64,000 nucleotides of DNA, from the NCBI GenBank assembly GCA_963789395.1, contig CAWBKP010000012.1, forward strand, positions 128,001 to 192,000, read 5' to 3'. The position numbers and the translations under genes are program-made. The DNA comes from an uncultured delta proteobacterium (lineage in GTDB: Bacteria > Desulfobacterota > Desulfobacteria > Desulfobacterales > Desulfatirhabdiaceae). Below the pieces are notes generated by a model, which saw only the letters and a list, made by a program, of their open reading frames with translations, was not told where the DNA came from and did no database searches. Shown here piece by piece: positions 62,779 to 64,000 of the stretch (positions are counted from its first letter, which is position 1; each line of letters begins with the position of its first letter).

Positions 62779-63425
62779 GTGCGCCACGAGCGCATTGTTT
62801 TATAATGTGCGCTTAACTGCGCAAGAGATGAGGGGAGGCCCCTCGGAGCCGGCTTGCAGGAGCAGGCTTCAAACCACCTTAAGCTGCGCTGGTAAAGAGC
62901 CAGGGTGGTGAGCGTTATGGAAAAGTCACGGCATAGGACTGTGGCAGGTACGTATCGGGAAGATGAGCGGAAGCGAACCACTGATGAGGTCTCGAAAATA
63001 TATAGGCGGTGTCAAATCCGAGGTTCATACTCGGTCTCGGGATAAGTGCAGAGGATACTGTCTACTGTCTGCGCGGCACCCGGCATAAAGGTGGCATGAT
63101 CCCGATATAGGCTCTTGAGCGGAACGTGGGAACCTGTCGTCTTGATGGCAAGGGAGCAATTCAAGTGGAGGCCCCACGAGAATGAGAGTACCGATGCGAG
63201 GCACAGGGACGGATTACCCCGTAGTAGTGATGAAGTCTCTGTAATGGAGGTGGAGCGAAGGGGGTAACAAGTCCAAATTTGCTTATTGGTCAACCAGAAA
63301 TGGGAGGAGCCGGAGAGCAATGCAAAACCCACAATCTGGGCGGACATGAGGAGCCGGATGAGTCGAGAGACTCACGTCCGTATCTGTGGAGGGCCTGGGG
63401 GTGGGACTCCCCTGGGCTACTCGAC
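62779..63425 (+). ncRNA. complete ORF-less group II intron (class D / IIB-like, 647 nt)
   Basis: 5' GTGCG; DI closing stem CCACG/CGTGG; GAGAGTACCGATGC and GTAATGG...GGAGCGAAGGGG motifs; DV GAGCCGGATGAGTCGAGAGACTCACGTCCG; DVI ending CTACTCGAC; no RT ORF. Confidence 0.9.
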
Positions 63426-63495
63426 GCATGACATTTCAAATGTAGCTGCGAGATTAGCTCTTGAGAAAACATAATTAAGCCTATAGGAGAGCTAA

Positions 63496-64000
63496 ATGCC
63501 TCATAATAAAGCGTGCCTTGAAGCTAAAAAACGTATCCGAGAACTTGAAAAAGAAATCACCGAAAGCCGAAAAGCGATTGATGCTGTAAAGCGTGAAAAG
63601 CTCTTTTCAGAAAAGGTTCTCGATAGCCTGCCTGGAATTTTTTACCTTTACAACGAGGCAGGGGATCTTATCCAGTGGAATAAAAATCACGAAACGCTTA
63701 CCGGTTACAGTGCTGAAGAATTGCCCCGACGGAGCATGCCGGAATGGTTTTCCGGAAAGGATCGTCAACGTGTGCCAGACGCCGTAAAAGATTTATTTAA
63801 AGATGGGGCTCGGCGCGATGTGGAAGCTGATCTCATCATCAAGAACGGGCAAAGGATTCCTTATTATTTTACCGGTGTCAGGATGACCTTAAATGGCCGG
63901 AAATATTTGCTGGGCGTGGGAATTGATCTTACAGAGCAAAAAAAAACAGAGGATGCGCTGCGCAGAAGCGAGGAAAAATACCGGGCCATATTTGAAAATG
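63496..64000 (+). CDS. PAS domain S-box signalling protein (partial, runs off the window)
   Basis: RBS AGGAG; manual translation LDSLPGIFYLY...WNKNHETLTGYSAEEL...GIDLTEQKKTEDALRRSEEKYRAIFEN. Confidence 0.88.
   Translation, partial: MPHNKACLEAKKRIRELEKEITESRKAIDAVKREKLFSEKVLDSLPGIFYLYNEAGDLIQWNKNHETLTGYSAEELPRRSMPEWFSGKDRQRVPDAVKDLFKDGARRDVEADLIIKNGQRIPYYFTGVRMTLNGRKYLLGVGIDLTEQKKTEDALRRSEEKYRAIFEN

Noticed and set aside
1..64000. CRISPR arrays, tRNA/rRNA genes, prophage or defence islands
   Set aside because: No regularly spaced repeats, cloverleaf/rRNA signatures or hallmark genes were recognised; a lone EVE gene is not enough to call a defence system.

Overview
A 64 kb window from an anaerobic, moderately GC-rich bacterium; gene content and style suggest Desulfobacterota/Desulfobacterales, which is an inference. 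In order: start of a nuo operon (nuoA, fused nuoBCD, nuoE running in frame into nuoF), murI, and a corrinoid methyltransferase cluster with pyrrolysine-free MtmB-like and MttB-like enzymes plus an orphan binding protein. Then pyk and pgm, an aldo/keto reductase, and a long minus-strand catabolic run (Dpp-type ABC transporter, saccharopine/lysine dehydrogenase, XRE-DctP fusion regulator, PrpD, EVE, degenerate IS701, KamA-like radical SAM, enoyl-CoA hydratase, ADP-forming acyl-CoA ligase). Then FMN-binding protein and MocR, azlCD and regulator, a probable selenocysteine-containing OsmC-family protein, pirin, acyl-CoA dehydrogenase, and a 2-oxoacid oxidoreductase operon with a GltD-like/delta fusion. 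Then phosphoesterases, pilD, crcB, hisB/hisA, xseAB-ispA-dxs-tlyA, and an accessory stretch with a HAD-GH65 fusion, PAS kinases, UspA and two copies (one complete, one 5'-truncated) of an ORF-less group II intron. Many genes, including dxs, carry single-base frameshifts, most likely assembly errors. No rRNA, tRNA or CRISPR array was seen.
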